Shown here: in pieces, positions 49,464 to 58,642 of the stretch | Layout of the letters: every line of letters begins with the position of its first letter | Position numbering within the stretch: the stretch's first letter is position 1 | Source of the DNA: an uncultured Gemmatimonadales bacterium | GTDB taxonomy: Bacteria > Gemmatimonadota > Gemmatimonadetes > Gemmatimonadales > Gemmatimonadaceae | Direction: 5' to 3' | NCBI GenBank assembly: GCA_963793305.1 | Contig: CAWBZV010000014.1 | Coordinates: 64,001 to 128,000 of the forward strand | Length of the DNA: 64,000 nucleotides | Program-made: the position numbers and the translations under genes | The notes under the pieces: model-generated | Databases searched by the model: none | What the model was told of the DNA's origin: nothing | Seen by the model: only the letters and a program-made list of their open reading frames with translations

Positions 49464-50716
49464 TGGCGACCGCCGAGCGGTTGATCGCGGGGCTCGATAT
49501 CGGGTCGGCGAAGACGACGGCGCTCATCGCCGAGGTCGTCGGTGACCTGCCGCGCAGTCCACAGATCAAGGTGCTGGGGGTGGGTCGGGCACGCACGACC
49601 GGCCTTCGGCGCGGCGTGGTCGCCGACATTGAGGAGACCACGCGCTCGATCCGTAAGGCCATGGAAGACGCCGAGCGGATGGCCGGGCAGCATGTGACCG
49701 AGGTGTATGTCGGCATCGCCGGGGAGCACGTGCGGGCCATGACGTCGACAGGCGTCGTCGCCGTGAACGGCGAGGAGATCACGAAGCAGGACGTCGAGCG
49801 CGCGAATGATGTGGCGCGCGCGCAGGCGGTGCCGACCGATCGCGAGTTGCTGCACGCGATCCCGCAGGAGTACACGGTCGACAAGAACCAGGGGATTCGC
49901 GACCCCGTCGGGATGATCGGGACGCGACTCGAGACCGAGATGTACCTGGTGACGATCGGAGCGTCGCCGGCCATGAACCTGCGCAAGGCCGTGGAGCGGG
50001 CCGGGTACAAAGTGCGCGAACTGGTACTGGAGCCGCTCGCGTCAGCCCTCAGTGTGCTGACGGAGGACGAGAAGGAGCTTGGCGTCGCGCTCGTCGAGAT
50101 GGGCGCTGGATCCACCGACCTGGCGATCTTTCACGAAGGCAAGATTCGTCACCTGGGCACGATCGCATTCGGCGGCAATAGCGTCACGAATGACATTGTG
50201 CTCGGGCTCAAGGTGACGCCGGACGACGCCGAGCGCTTGAAGGAACGCTACGGCTGCGCCTATGAGTCCGCGTCGGATCCAAATCTGGTCATCCCGCTTC
50301 CTGGAACTGCCGCGCAGGGTGAGCGTGCGATCGATCACGGGTCGCTGACGCACATTATTCATCAGCGCGTCGACGAGATCTTCGATCTGGTCCAGCGCGA
50401 TATCACAAATGCGGGCTACGCGCGCCGGTTGAGCTCCGGAGTAGTGCTGACCGGCGGAGCGGCAGCGCTTCCTGGCATTGGCGACCTGGCGACCGACGTT
50501 TTCGGTATTGGTGTCCGAGTCGGCGCACCCGGTTCATCCCTGACCGGACTCACCGATTCAGTGGACGCGCCACGGTTTTCGACGGTGACCGGCCTGGCCC
50601 TCTACGGGGCTCATCGCATGGCGCTCGGCGGCGAGACCCGTCGGCAGGGCATTGGGGCACCCGGGGTCGATAAGCTCATCGAGCGCGTCCGGGTCTGGCT
50701 CCAAGATTTTTTCTGA
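49463..50716 (+). CDS. ftsA: Cell division protein FtsA
   Basis: GLDIGSAK, EMGAGSTD, VVLTGG, C-terminal amphipathic helix WLQDFF. Confidence 0.95.
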   Translation: MATAERLIAGLDIGSAKTTALIAEVVGDLPRSPQIKVLGVGRARTTGLRRGVVADIEETTRSIRKAMEDAERMAGQHVTEVYVGIAGEHVRAMTSTGVVAVNGEEITKQDVERANDVARAQAVPTDRELLHAIPQEYTVDKNQGIRDPVGMIGTRLETEMYLVTIGASPAMNLRKAVERAGYKVRELVLEPLASALSVLTEDEKELGVALVEMGAGSTDLAIFHEGKIRHLGTIAFGGNSVTNDIVLGLKVTPDDAERLKERYGCAYESASDPNLVIPLPGTAAQGERAIDHGSLTHIIHQRVDEIFDLVQRDITNAGYARRLSSGVVLTGGAAALPGIGDLATDVFGIGVRVGAPGSSLTGLTDSVDAPRFSTVTGLALYGAHRMALGGETRRQGIGAPGVDKLIERVRVWLQDFF

Positions 50717-50724
50717 CTTCTGAT

Positions 50725-50830
50725 TGTGGATAACTTGCGGGTAACCGGCGGCTCGCTAATTCGTCATCACGCTGGCAGAAATCTTGTTATATTGCCGCGG
50801 CCCAACGGGGACCGCCCGAAGTTATCCACA
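50725..50830. promoter_or_regulatory. DnaA boxes flanking an extended -10 promoter upstream of ftsZ
   Basis: TGTGGATAA 50725-50733 (perfect), TGCGGGTAA 50736-50744 (2 mismatches), TTATCCACA 50822-50830 (perfect), TGtTATATT 50785-50793. Confidence 0.75.
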
Positions 50831-50847
50831 TTAGCTTGGCACTCGCG

Positions 50848-52005
50848 ATGATCTTCGAGTTCGAGGAGAGCGCGTCACAGAACGCCCGGATGAAGGTGGT
50901 GGGCGTGGGCGGCGGAGGCGGCAACGCCGTCAACCGCATGATCGAGGAGCACCTGGAAGGCGTCGAGTTCATTCTCGGTGAACACCGACGCACAGGCGCT
51001 GCTGAACTCGAAGTCCGACGTCAAGATCCAGATCGGCAAGAAGCTCACCCGAGGCCTTGGCGCGGGCGCGCGTCCCGAAATTGGGCGCCAAGCCATTGAA
51101 GAAAGCAAAGAAGACGTGCAACGCTCGCTCGTCGGCGCCGATCTCGTGTTCATCACCTGCGGTATGGGCGGTGGGACGGGAACTGGCGCGGCGCCCGTCA
51201 TTCTGTGAGCTCGCCCGGCAGGCTGGCGCGCTGACGGTCGGCATCGTGACCCGGCCCTTCTTGTTTGAAGGCAAGAAGCGCATGCGTCAGGCCGATAGCG
51301 GCATCAACGAGATGCGCAGTAACGTCGACACGATGATCGTCGTGCCGAATGAGCGGCTGCTCGCGGTGGTTGGAAAGGGCATTCCGTTTCAGGACGCGCT
51401 CAAGAAGGCCGACGAAGTCCTGCTGCACGCCACGCAGGGCATCTCCTCGCTGATCAGCGTCACCGGTCTCGTCAACGTCGACTTCGCCGACGTGAGGACC
51501 GTCATGCAGGCCGGCGGGAGCGCCCTCATGGGGACCGGCATCGGGAAGGGAGAGAATCGGGCGATGGAGGCGGCGCAGCAGGCCATCTCGTCGCCGTTGC
51601 TCGACAACATTCTCGATCTCCGGCGCGACCGGCGTGCTCGTGAACATCACGGGTGGGGCGGATCTCACGCTCGGTGAAGTGCACCAGATCAACGAAATTA
51701 TTCACGATGCGGTCGGCGATGACGCCGAGATCATATTCGGCGCGGTGCACGAGCCGGCCATGCAGGGTGAGATCCGGGTGACCGTCATCGCGACCGGGTT
51801 CGACGGGATTCGGGCGGCCGGCGTGCCGCAGATTCAGAAGAGCCCTCCGGTGCTGCCGTTCCCGACCCAGCGGCAGCAACAGGTTCCCCGCGCATCGCGG
51901 CCGGCGATCGCCGAAATTCCGCGGCGCGCGAGTGAGCCGCGCACGAGCGATCAGGATCTCTCGGATATGGAGATTCCGACGTTCATCCGGAGGCAGATGG
52001 ATTGA
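50848..52005 (+). CDS. ftsZ: Cell division protein FtsZ (three apparent +1 frameshifts at ~50972, ~51201, ~51610)
   Basis: [46 protein letters not shown]. Each break is repaired by removing one T from CATTC. Confidence 0.95.
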
Positions 52006-53231
52006 GAGCGATCGGCGCGCGCGCGATCACATACTCCGTGGTCGCGCTCCTCGCCGCGGCGGCGTTCGTCTTCACACCGCCGATCCACGGCCGGCAAATA
52101 ACGCCGGCCGTTTCTGTCGTTGCGCATCCCGCGGTCCCGGATACGCAAAGCATTATCGATACCCTGCGGTCGGGCGAAACCCTGTCCCAACTTTTCGCCC
52201 GCGCTGGTGTCACGCCCATCACAGCCGCGGCTGCGCTAAAATCCGCCCCGTTTGTCGATGAACGCAGGGTGATCGCCGGCACCGTCGTGACGGTCAAACA
52301 CGTGGCCGACAGCGCGCCAAGCGAAATTGCACTTCAGCCGGCGATAGACCACATCGTGCATCTCCGGCGCACGGGCGACCAGTGGTCGGCGCAAGATGAA
52401 AAACTGCCGTGGACCAGCGACACGATCGTCGTGTCGGGAACGATCCACACCAATCTGTACGCGGCGATGGATGCCGGAGCGCCGACGCTCCCAAAGCACG
52501 CGAGGGAAGAACTCGCGTGGGCGCTGGCCGATATCCTGGACTATCGCGTCGACATGAGTCGCGACCTTCAGGACGGCGACACGTTCAAGGCGTTGTTCGA
52601 GCGCCAGACGGGCCCCGAAGGAGTCGTTCGTGTTGGGAAGGTGATGGCGACGACATTCGTGTTGTCGCGCGACACGACCGAGGCGGTGTGGTTCAAAAAC
52701 GGGTACTACGACAAGTCTGCGAAGTCGCTCAGAAATGCCTTCCTGAGAGCGCCGCTCGAGTTTCGCCGCATATCGAGCGTCTTCGGCATGCGCAAGCATC
52801 CGATTCTCGGCATCTGGCGGCAGCACAAAGGAACCGACTATGTCGCCGCACAGGGGACACCCGTGCGAGCTATCGGGGATGCCGTCGTGATCTTTGCGGG
52901 GCAGAAGCACGGCTATGGCAACGTGCTCGACCTACGACATCGCAACGGCTACGTGACCAGGTACGGACATCTGCTCCGGTTTGCGTCCGGGATACATGTG
53001 GGTGCCAGAGTCGAACAGGGTCGAACCATTGCGTATGTCGGGATGACGGGCCTGGCGACCGCCCCGCATCTCCACTTCGAGGTGCTGGTCAACGGGGTGC
53101 AGCGCGATCCCCGTGTCGCCCTCAAGTCCACGGGCGGCGAGCCGCTCATGGCCGCCGACCGCCCCGCGTTCGAGGCGGTGCGCGAACGATGCCTGGCCGC
53201 CATGCAGTCAAAGGAGTTGGCGCTGAAGTAG
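52002..53231 (+). CDS. M23 (LytM/MepM-like) peptidoglycan endopeptidase
   Basis: N-terminal hydrophobic segment, LysM/OapA-like region, HKGTD and HLH zinc motifs. TTG start overlaps the ftsZ stop. Confidence 0.88.
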   Translation: MRAIGARAITYSVVALLAAAAFVFTPPIHGRQITPAVSVVAHPAVPDTQSIIDTLRSGETLSQLFARAGVTPITAAAALKSAPFVDERRVIAGTVVTVKHVADSAPSEIALQPAIDHIVHLRRTGDQWSAQDEKLPWTSDTIVVSGTIHTNLYAAMDAGAPTLPKHAREELAWALADILDYRVDMSRDLQDGDTFKALFERQTGPEGVVRVGKVMATTFVLSRDTTEAVWFKNGYYDKSAKSLRNAFLRAPLEFRRISSVFGMRKHPILGIWRQHKGTDYVAAQGTPVRAIGDAVVIFAGQKHGYGNVLDLRHRNGYVTRYGHLLRFASGIHVGARVEQGRTIAYVGMTGLATAPHLHFEVLVNGVQRDPRVALKSTGGEPLMAADRPAFEAVRERCLAAMQSKELALK

Positions 53232-53241
53232 CTTTCGGGCC

Positions 53242-55044
53242 ATGATGCCTTGGCTGCTCGCGGCCGCGGTCGGCTTCGGAGTCGCGGCCGTGCAGTACGG
53301 CCCGGCCGGAACGCGCCGCGAGCTACCCGCCGCGGTCTTGCGTGGCGTGGCGGTGACGCTGCTGGTCGCGTTGCTGCTCGACGCGCCCGCGGGCGCGACC
53401 AGGGCTGTGCGTCCGATCGCGGTGCTGGACGTCTCGGCTAGCTGGCAGCGCGGCGGCCCGGCGACGTACGACAGCGCCCTCCGACATTTCCGGACGCTCT
53501 CGCGTACCGCCGATTCGAGCTTCCTGTTCGGCGACTCGCTGCGCCATGCCACACCGCCGGGCGTGCCGACGGATTCGCGCACGTCGACGCGCGAGGCCGT
53601 CGATCGCGCGCTCGCCTCGGGCCGACCGCTCCAGATCGTGACCGACGGTGAGCTCGATGATCCGGACGCGCTGGCGAATCTCCCGGCCGGCTCCAGGCTC
53701 GATGTCATCGCGCGACCGGCCGCGAGCGACGCCGCGGTCATCGCCGTCGATGCACCGCGCGCCGTGGTTGGCGCCGATACCGTGCCGATTCAGGTCACCG
53801 TCGCCGCGGGCGCGGCTGGCGCCGGTGCGGGCACCCTCTCCATCGTGTTCGGTGCGCGGACGCTCACGAGTACGCCGCTTCCCGCGCTCGATGCGCTGGC
53901 CGAGCGCGTCGTCCCGTTGCGCATTGTCGTGCCGTCCGAGGAAGGGTCTGGGCTGCTGCGCGCCATCGTCACCGTGCCCGGCGACGCCGAGCCTCGGAAT
54001 GACACGCTGGAGAGACCGCTGGAGATCTCCCCGGCGGCTGGCGCGGTGTTCGTCTCGACTGCGCCCGACTATGACGCGCGCTATGCGCTGGCGGTGTTGC
54101 GCGGCGCGGTATCGCTGCCGACGCGTGGGTTCTTTCGTGTGGCACCCGGCAACTGGCGTGTCGATGGAACGCTGGCGTCGGTCGCCGAAGCCGACGTGCG
54201 CCGCGCGGTCGCCAACGCCCCGCTCGTGGTACTGCACGGCGACACCGCTTTGTTTGGATCGCCGCGCACCGCGACGCGCGGGTCTCTCGTCTTGTTCCCC
54301 GGTCCCAGTGGGGAAGAGACTGGGGAATATTATGCGACGGGTGCGCCGCCATCGCCCATCGCCGCGGCGCTCGGTGCGATGGTGTGGGATAGTCTTCCGC
54401 CCATCGAGTCTCCGGCGATGGTGTATCCCCCCGGACTGTATTGGGAGGGGTTGGAGACCAGGCGCGCGAGGAAGATCGATAGAAGGGTGCCGGTCATTGG
54501 GACGCTCGGCGGGCGTCGCATCGTGATCGTGAACGCGACCGGCCTGTGGCGGTGGCAGTTCCGTGGCGGCGTGGCGGCGGACGCCTATGCGGCGCTGTGG
54601 GGTGGTATCTTTGATTGGTTGTCGGCCGAGCGGCCGGATGTCCGGGTGGCTCTGCCGGTGGAGGGGGCGGTAAGGGCCGGCGAGCCTGTCGAATGGCGCC
54701 GCGGATCGGGCACCGACTCGGTGGTGACGGTGGTGATGGCGCGACGCGGCACGAGTGTCGCGGACACCGTCGCGCTGCACTTCGGCGGCGGGTCGACAGC
54801 CGAATCGGCGCCAATGGCGCGCGGTGTGTATGACGTGCGCACGACCGGCGGCGCGTCGCTCCTCGTGGTCAACCCGTCGCGCGAGTGGGTCCCCAATCGC
54901 GCGCGCGCGAAGGCCGGGGCGATCGGGGGTGGCGCGGTCGCCGGGCTCGCTACGCGAGTGCGGACATTATGGTGGGTCTATTTGGCGCTGGTCGGCGCGC
55001 TCTGTGGAGAGTGGGTCGTTCGCCGGTCGCTGGGACTTCGGTGA
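53242..55044 (+). CDS. Membrane-anchored protein with vWA-like and Ig/CARDB-like segments
   Basis: N-terminal TMs, LDVSAS (DxSxS) and IVTDG, DAEPRND, C-terminal TM ending EWVVRRSLGL. Confidence 0.65.
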   Translation: MMPWLLAAAVGFGVAAVQYGPAGTRRELPAAVLRGVAVTLLVALLLDAPAGATRAVRPIAVLDVSASWQRGGPATYDSALRHFRTLSRTADSSFLFGDSLRHATPPGVPTDSRTSTREAVDRALASGRPLQIVTDGELDDPDALANLPAGSRLDVIARPAASDAAVIAVDAPRAVVGADTVPIQVTVAAGAAGAGAGTLSIVFGARTLTSTPLPALDALAERVVPLRIVVPSEEGSGLLRAIVTVPGDAEPRNDTLERPLEISPAAGAVFVSTAPDYDARYALAVLRGAVSLPTRGFFRVAPGNWRVDGTLASVAEADVRRAVANAPLVVLHGDTALFGSPRTATRGSLVLFPGPSGEETGEYYATGAPPSPIAAALGAMVWDSLPPIESPAMVYPPGLYWEGLETRRARKIDRRVPVIGTLGGRRIVIVNATGLWRWQFRGGVAADAYAALWGGIFDWLSAERPDVRVALPVEGAVRAGEPVEWRRGSGTDSVVTVVMARRGTSVADTVALHFGGGSTAESAPMARGVYDVRTTGGASLLVVNPSREWVPNRARAKAGAIGGGAVAGLATRVRTLWWVYLALVGALCGEWVVRRSLGLR

Positions 55045-55051
55045 CGAGAGC

Positions 55052-55987
55052 ATGACGCGAATTTTTCGGCGTGACGGCGATGTGCCCAAGCGCTCCTTGT
55101 GGCAACGGATCAAAGACATCGCGCTCGCCGACGTCGGCGTCGTCGTGCGCGGTGGGCCCGACCAAGGGTCGCTCGAGCGCCTCGAGGAGGTCTTGCTGGA
55201 CGCGGACTTCGGGGTCGCGACGACGATGCGACTCGTTGCTGACGTTGAGAGTCTCGCGCTCGCCGGGAGTGTGCGCAGCCAACAGGAATTTCGCGTGGCG
55301 CTTCGCGCCGGCGTCGAGCGCGCCCTCGTCACCGGACGTCATGACGCCTCCCTGATTTCTGCACCCCAATCGCCGACAGTAGTGCTGATCATCGGCGTAA
55401 ACGGTGCGGGCAAGACAACGTTTATCGGCAAATTGGCCAACACCCTCCGCGAGGGACGTAAGCGCGTCGTCGTCGCCGCAGGCGACACGTTTCGCGCGGG
55501 CGCAATCGATCAGCTAAAAGTCTGGGCCGAACGAGCGAAAGCAGAATTCGTCGGTGCAACGGTGGGCAGAGACCCCGCAGCGGTTGCGGTGGACGCATTG
55601 GACGTCGCGACGCGAAGCGGAGCGAACGTCCTGATCATAGACACCGCTGGTCGCCTGCACACGAGTGGCAATCTCATGGACGAGCTCAAGAAGATTGTTC
55701 GTGTGCTTGGCAAGAGAAGCCCCGGGGCGCCGCATGAGACGCTCCTCGTGCTGGACGGGACGATTGGCCAGAATGCCATCGTGCAAGCCAAGACGTTCGC
55801 CGCGGCCGTCCCCGTGACCGGGCTCGTGGTCACGAAGGTCGACGGGACCGCGAAAGGCGGCATCGTGGTCGCCGTGCACGAGGCCATCAACGTCCCCGTG
55901 AAGTTCATCGGGACGGGCGAAAGCATCGGCGACCTGGCGACGTTCGACGCCGCCGAGTTCTCGAAGGAGCTCCTCGAAGAGGTATGA
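55052..55987 (+). CDS. ftsY: Signal recognition particle receptor FtsY
   Basis: GVNGAGKTT, DTFRAGA, DTAGR, TKVDGTAKGG. Confidence 0.95.
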   Translation: MTRIFRRDGDVPKRSLWQRIKDIALADVGVVVRGGPDQGSLERLEEVLLDADFGVATTMRLVADVESLALAGSVRSQQEFRVALRAGVERALVTGRHDASLISAPQSPTVVLIIGVNGAGKTTFIGKLANTLREGRKRVVVAAGDTFRAGAIDQLKVWAERAKAEFVGATVGRDPAAVAVDALDVATRSGANVLIIDTAGRLHTSGNLMDELKKIVRVLGKRSPGAPHETLLVLDGTIGQNAIVQAKTFAAAVPVTGLVVTKVDGTAKGGIVVAVHEAINVPVKFIGTGESIGDLATFDAAEFSKELLEEV

Positions 55988-58044
55988 ACCTCGAGACACC
56001 CATCACGTATCTCAAGGGTGTCGGGCCGCACCGTGCCGATCTGTTGCGGCGCTTGGGGATCGTCACGGCGGGAGATCTGCTCTATCACGTCCCGCACCGG
56101 TACGAAGACGCCAGCACGGTCGCGCCGATCGCGTCGCTCGAGCCCGGGATGGATGCGACGATCATCGGCTCGGTGATCTCGAAGGGCGTGCTGCCGACGC
56201 GGAAGGGCCTGCGAATTTTCCAGGCCGTGCTCCGCGACGACTCCGGGATGATCGAAGTGTCGTGGCCCGGGCAACCGTTTCTCGACCGAACGATCCACAA
56301 AGGCGACACGCTGCTGGTGAGTGGGTCGGTGCGATTCTATCACGGGCGGCAGGTCCAGCCGCGGGAGTTCGTCAATCTCGGGGATGATGCCGATGGGACG
56401 CTGGAGGGACGCGTACTCGCGATCTATCCGGCGACCGAGGGGCTATCGGTCAAGCTGATCCGATCGCTGATCGAAACGCACCTGGATGCGCTGCTCCCGC
56501 TCGTGCACGAGTACCTGCCGAGGGCCGCGCTGGCGGGCGTCGAGGTGCCGCCGCTCGGCGATGCCCTGCGGATGGTGCACCGCCCACGCTCGCTGGCGGA
56601 GGCAAACTCGGGTCGTGCACGTCTGGCGTACGAAGAGCTGCTCTTTGTGCAGCTCTTGCACCGGCGCGGCAACGCGATCGCGCGGGACAAGCGGGCCGGC
56701 ATCGTCTTCGTGAACCGTCGGGAGCTGACGACCGCGCTCAAGGCCGCGCTCCCATTTGCGCTCACGGGCGCCCAGACCCGAGTGCTGCGCGAGATCGTCG
56801 CCGATATGGTGAGCCCCGCCCGCATGCATCGGCTGGTGCAGGGTGACGTCGGGAGTGGCAAGACTATCGTCGCGCTGTTCGCGGCGCTCCTCGCCATGGA
56901 AAACGGCTACCAGGCGGCCATCATGGCGCCCACGGAGCTCCTGGCCGAGCAGCACGCTCGCACCATTGGTCGCTTGCTCAGCGCGCTCGGCATCGAGCCC
57001 GTCCTGATCACTGGTGGGCAGGGCGCCGCCGCTCGTCGCGAGGCGGCAACGCGGCTTGCGCAAACGGGGCCCACGATAGCTATCGGCACGCACGCGTTGA
57101 TTCAGGAGGCGACGGAGTTCGCGAAGCTCGGGCTCGCCGTGGTCGACGAGCAGCACCGGTTCGGTGTCGAGCAACGCAAGGCGCTCGGCCAGAAAGGCGA
57201 GAGTCCGGACGTGCTCTTGCTCAGCGCAACGCCAATCCCGCGGTCGCTGGCGCTCACGGTCTACGGAGATCTCGACGTGAGCGTGATCGATGAGCGGCCG
57301 CCTGGGCGGCAGCCGGTCACGACCGTGATGCGCTCCGAATCCTCGCGGGCCCGGGTACTCGAATTCGTCGACCACGAAGTCGAGAAGGGGCGCCAGGCCT
57401 ATATCGTCTATCCCGTCATCGAGGAATCCGAGAAGCTCGATCTCAAGTCGGCGACGGCGATGTACGCCAGTCTCACGGAAGGCGCGTTCGCTCAGCGACG
57501 GGTGGCGCTGATTCATGGGCGCATCCCGGGCCCGGAGCGCGACAAGACCATGCGGGCGTTCCGGGATGGTCAGATCGACATTCTCATCGCCACGACCGTG
57601 ATCGAGGTCGGCATCGATGTCGCCAACGCGACGGTGATGGTGATCGAGCACCCGGAGCGATTCGGGTTGTCGCAGTTGCACCAGCTCCGAGGCCGTGTCG
57701 GTCGTGGAGGCGAAGCGTCTTACTGCGTGCTGTTGGGCGACGTCTCCCCGGAAGCGGGAGCACGGCTTGATGTCTTCGCGCGAACTGATGACGGCTTCGA
57801 GATTGCGCGGGCCGATCTGAGACTACGGGGTATGGGCGATTTGTTCGGCGAGGCGCAGAGCGGCATGTCGACGTTCAAGATCGCCGACCCCCTGCGCGAT
57901 GAGGCGCTCAATGAGAAGGCGCGCGAGATCGCCGATCGTATTCTCGCCGAGGACCCGGAGCTCGAGGCGCCGGCGAACGCCCCGCTCAAACGGGCGCTCG
58001 GCGCTCGCTTCGCTCGCGCCCTCGAATTGTTCAGGGTGGGGTAG
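55984..58044 (+). CDS. recG: ATP-dependent DNA helicase RecG
   Basis: QGDVGSGKT, DEQHRFG, SATPIPR, QLRGRVGRG. Confidence 0.96.
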   Translation: MNLETPITYLKGVGPHRADLLRRLGIVTAGDLLYHVPHRYEDASTVAPIASLEPGMDATIIGSVISKGVLPTRKGLRIFQAVLRDDSGMIEVSWPGQPFLDRTIHKGDTLLVSGSVRFYHGRQVQPREFVNLGDDADGTLEGRVLAIYPATEGLSVKLIRSLIETHLDALLPLVHEYLPRAALAGVEVPPLGDALRMVHRPRSLAEANSGRARLAYEELLFVQLLHRRGNAIARDKRAGIVFVNRRELTTALKAALPFALTGAQTRVLREIVADMVSPARMHRLVQGDVGSGKTIVALFAALLAMENGYQAAIMAPTELLAEQHARTIGRLLSALGIEPVLITGGQGAAARREAATRLAQTGPTIAIGTHALIQEATEFAKLGLAVVDEQHRFGVEQRKALGQKGESPDVLLLSATPIPRSLALTVYGDLDVSVIDERPPGRQPVTTVMRSESSRARVLEFVDHEVEKGRQAYIVYPVIEESEKLDLKSATAMYASLTEGAFAQRRVALIHGRIPGPERDKTMRAFRDGQIDILIATTVIEVGIDVANATVMVIEHPERFGLSQLHQLRGRVGRGGEASYCVLLGDVSPEAGARLDVFARTDDGFEIARADLRLRGMGDLFGEAQSGMSTFKIADPLRDEALNEKAREIADRILAEDPELEAPANAPLKRALGARFARALELFRVG

Positions 58045-58642
58045 CGGTCGACTCAGCGCGCGGGGGCGTGGCGAGTCGCTTTTTGATCCGGTCCAGCTCC
58101 TCTTTCGTGCGATCGAGCTCGGCGCGCGTGCTTTCCAGCTCGGTCCGCAGCCGCGCGATCTCCTCGTCCTTGGAGCGGACCCGGTCGGAGGCCGCGGCGG
58201 CTCGCGACGCGCGCGTGGCCGAGTCGGCCGCGGACGCCGAGTCGCTCTGCGATGCGGCCTGCTCGGCCAGCCGCTGGATGGACCCCACGAGAACGGCCAC
58301 GCGCCGCAAGATGTGCGCTTCGGTCAGGTGCGCGTCGTTGTGCGGCGCCGCGTCATAGGCATCGAGCGCCGTCAGCGCGTCCTTGGGGCTCGCGCTCAGG
58401 TTGGACGGATCGAGGTCCAGCACCGCCCGCCAATACAAGCTCTCGGCGCCTTCGGCCGTTCCGCTGTACTGCGTGCTGAATGTCCCGAGTAACGAGTCGG
58501 CCGCCGCGTACCGGCCGGTGGTGATCAACGACTCGGCCGCGACGCGCGTGGCCGGCCACTGGCGCGCGGGATCGGTCGTGCCGTACCCGTAGCGTCCGGC
58601 GCAACCAGCAATGAGAAATGTGGCGAGTAGAACCCGACGCAT
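58031..58642 (-). CDS. Lipoprotein with TPR-like helices and a C-terminal coiled coil
   Basis: Lipobox IAGC at residues 11-14, helical body, heptad-rich tail. Start overlaps the kinase stop. Confidence 0.78.
   Translation of the reverse strand: MRRVLLATFLIAGCAGRYGYGTTDPARQWPATRVAAESLITTGRYAAADSLLGTFSTQYSGTAEGAESLYWRAVLDLDPSNLSASPKDALTALDAYDAAPHNDAHLTEAHILRRVAVLVGSIQRLAEQAASQSDSASAADSATRASRAAAASDRVRSKDEEIARLRTELESTRAELDRTKEELDRIKKRLATPPRAESTATPP

Noticed and set aside
50717..50847. oriC at the ftsA-ftsZ spacer
   Set aside because: Only 131 bp with three boxes and a short AT patch that reads as a -10 element. A regulatory site is more plausible, though GC skew was not computed.
50848..52005. 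ftsZ, murE, asnS and lspA as true pseudogenes or programmed frameshifts
   Set aside because: These are normally essential genes with no other decay and no slippery runs, and the single-base duplications share one motif. Sequencing artefact is more likely.
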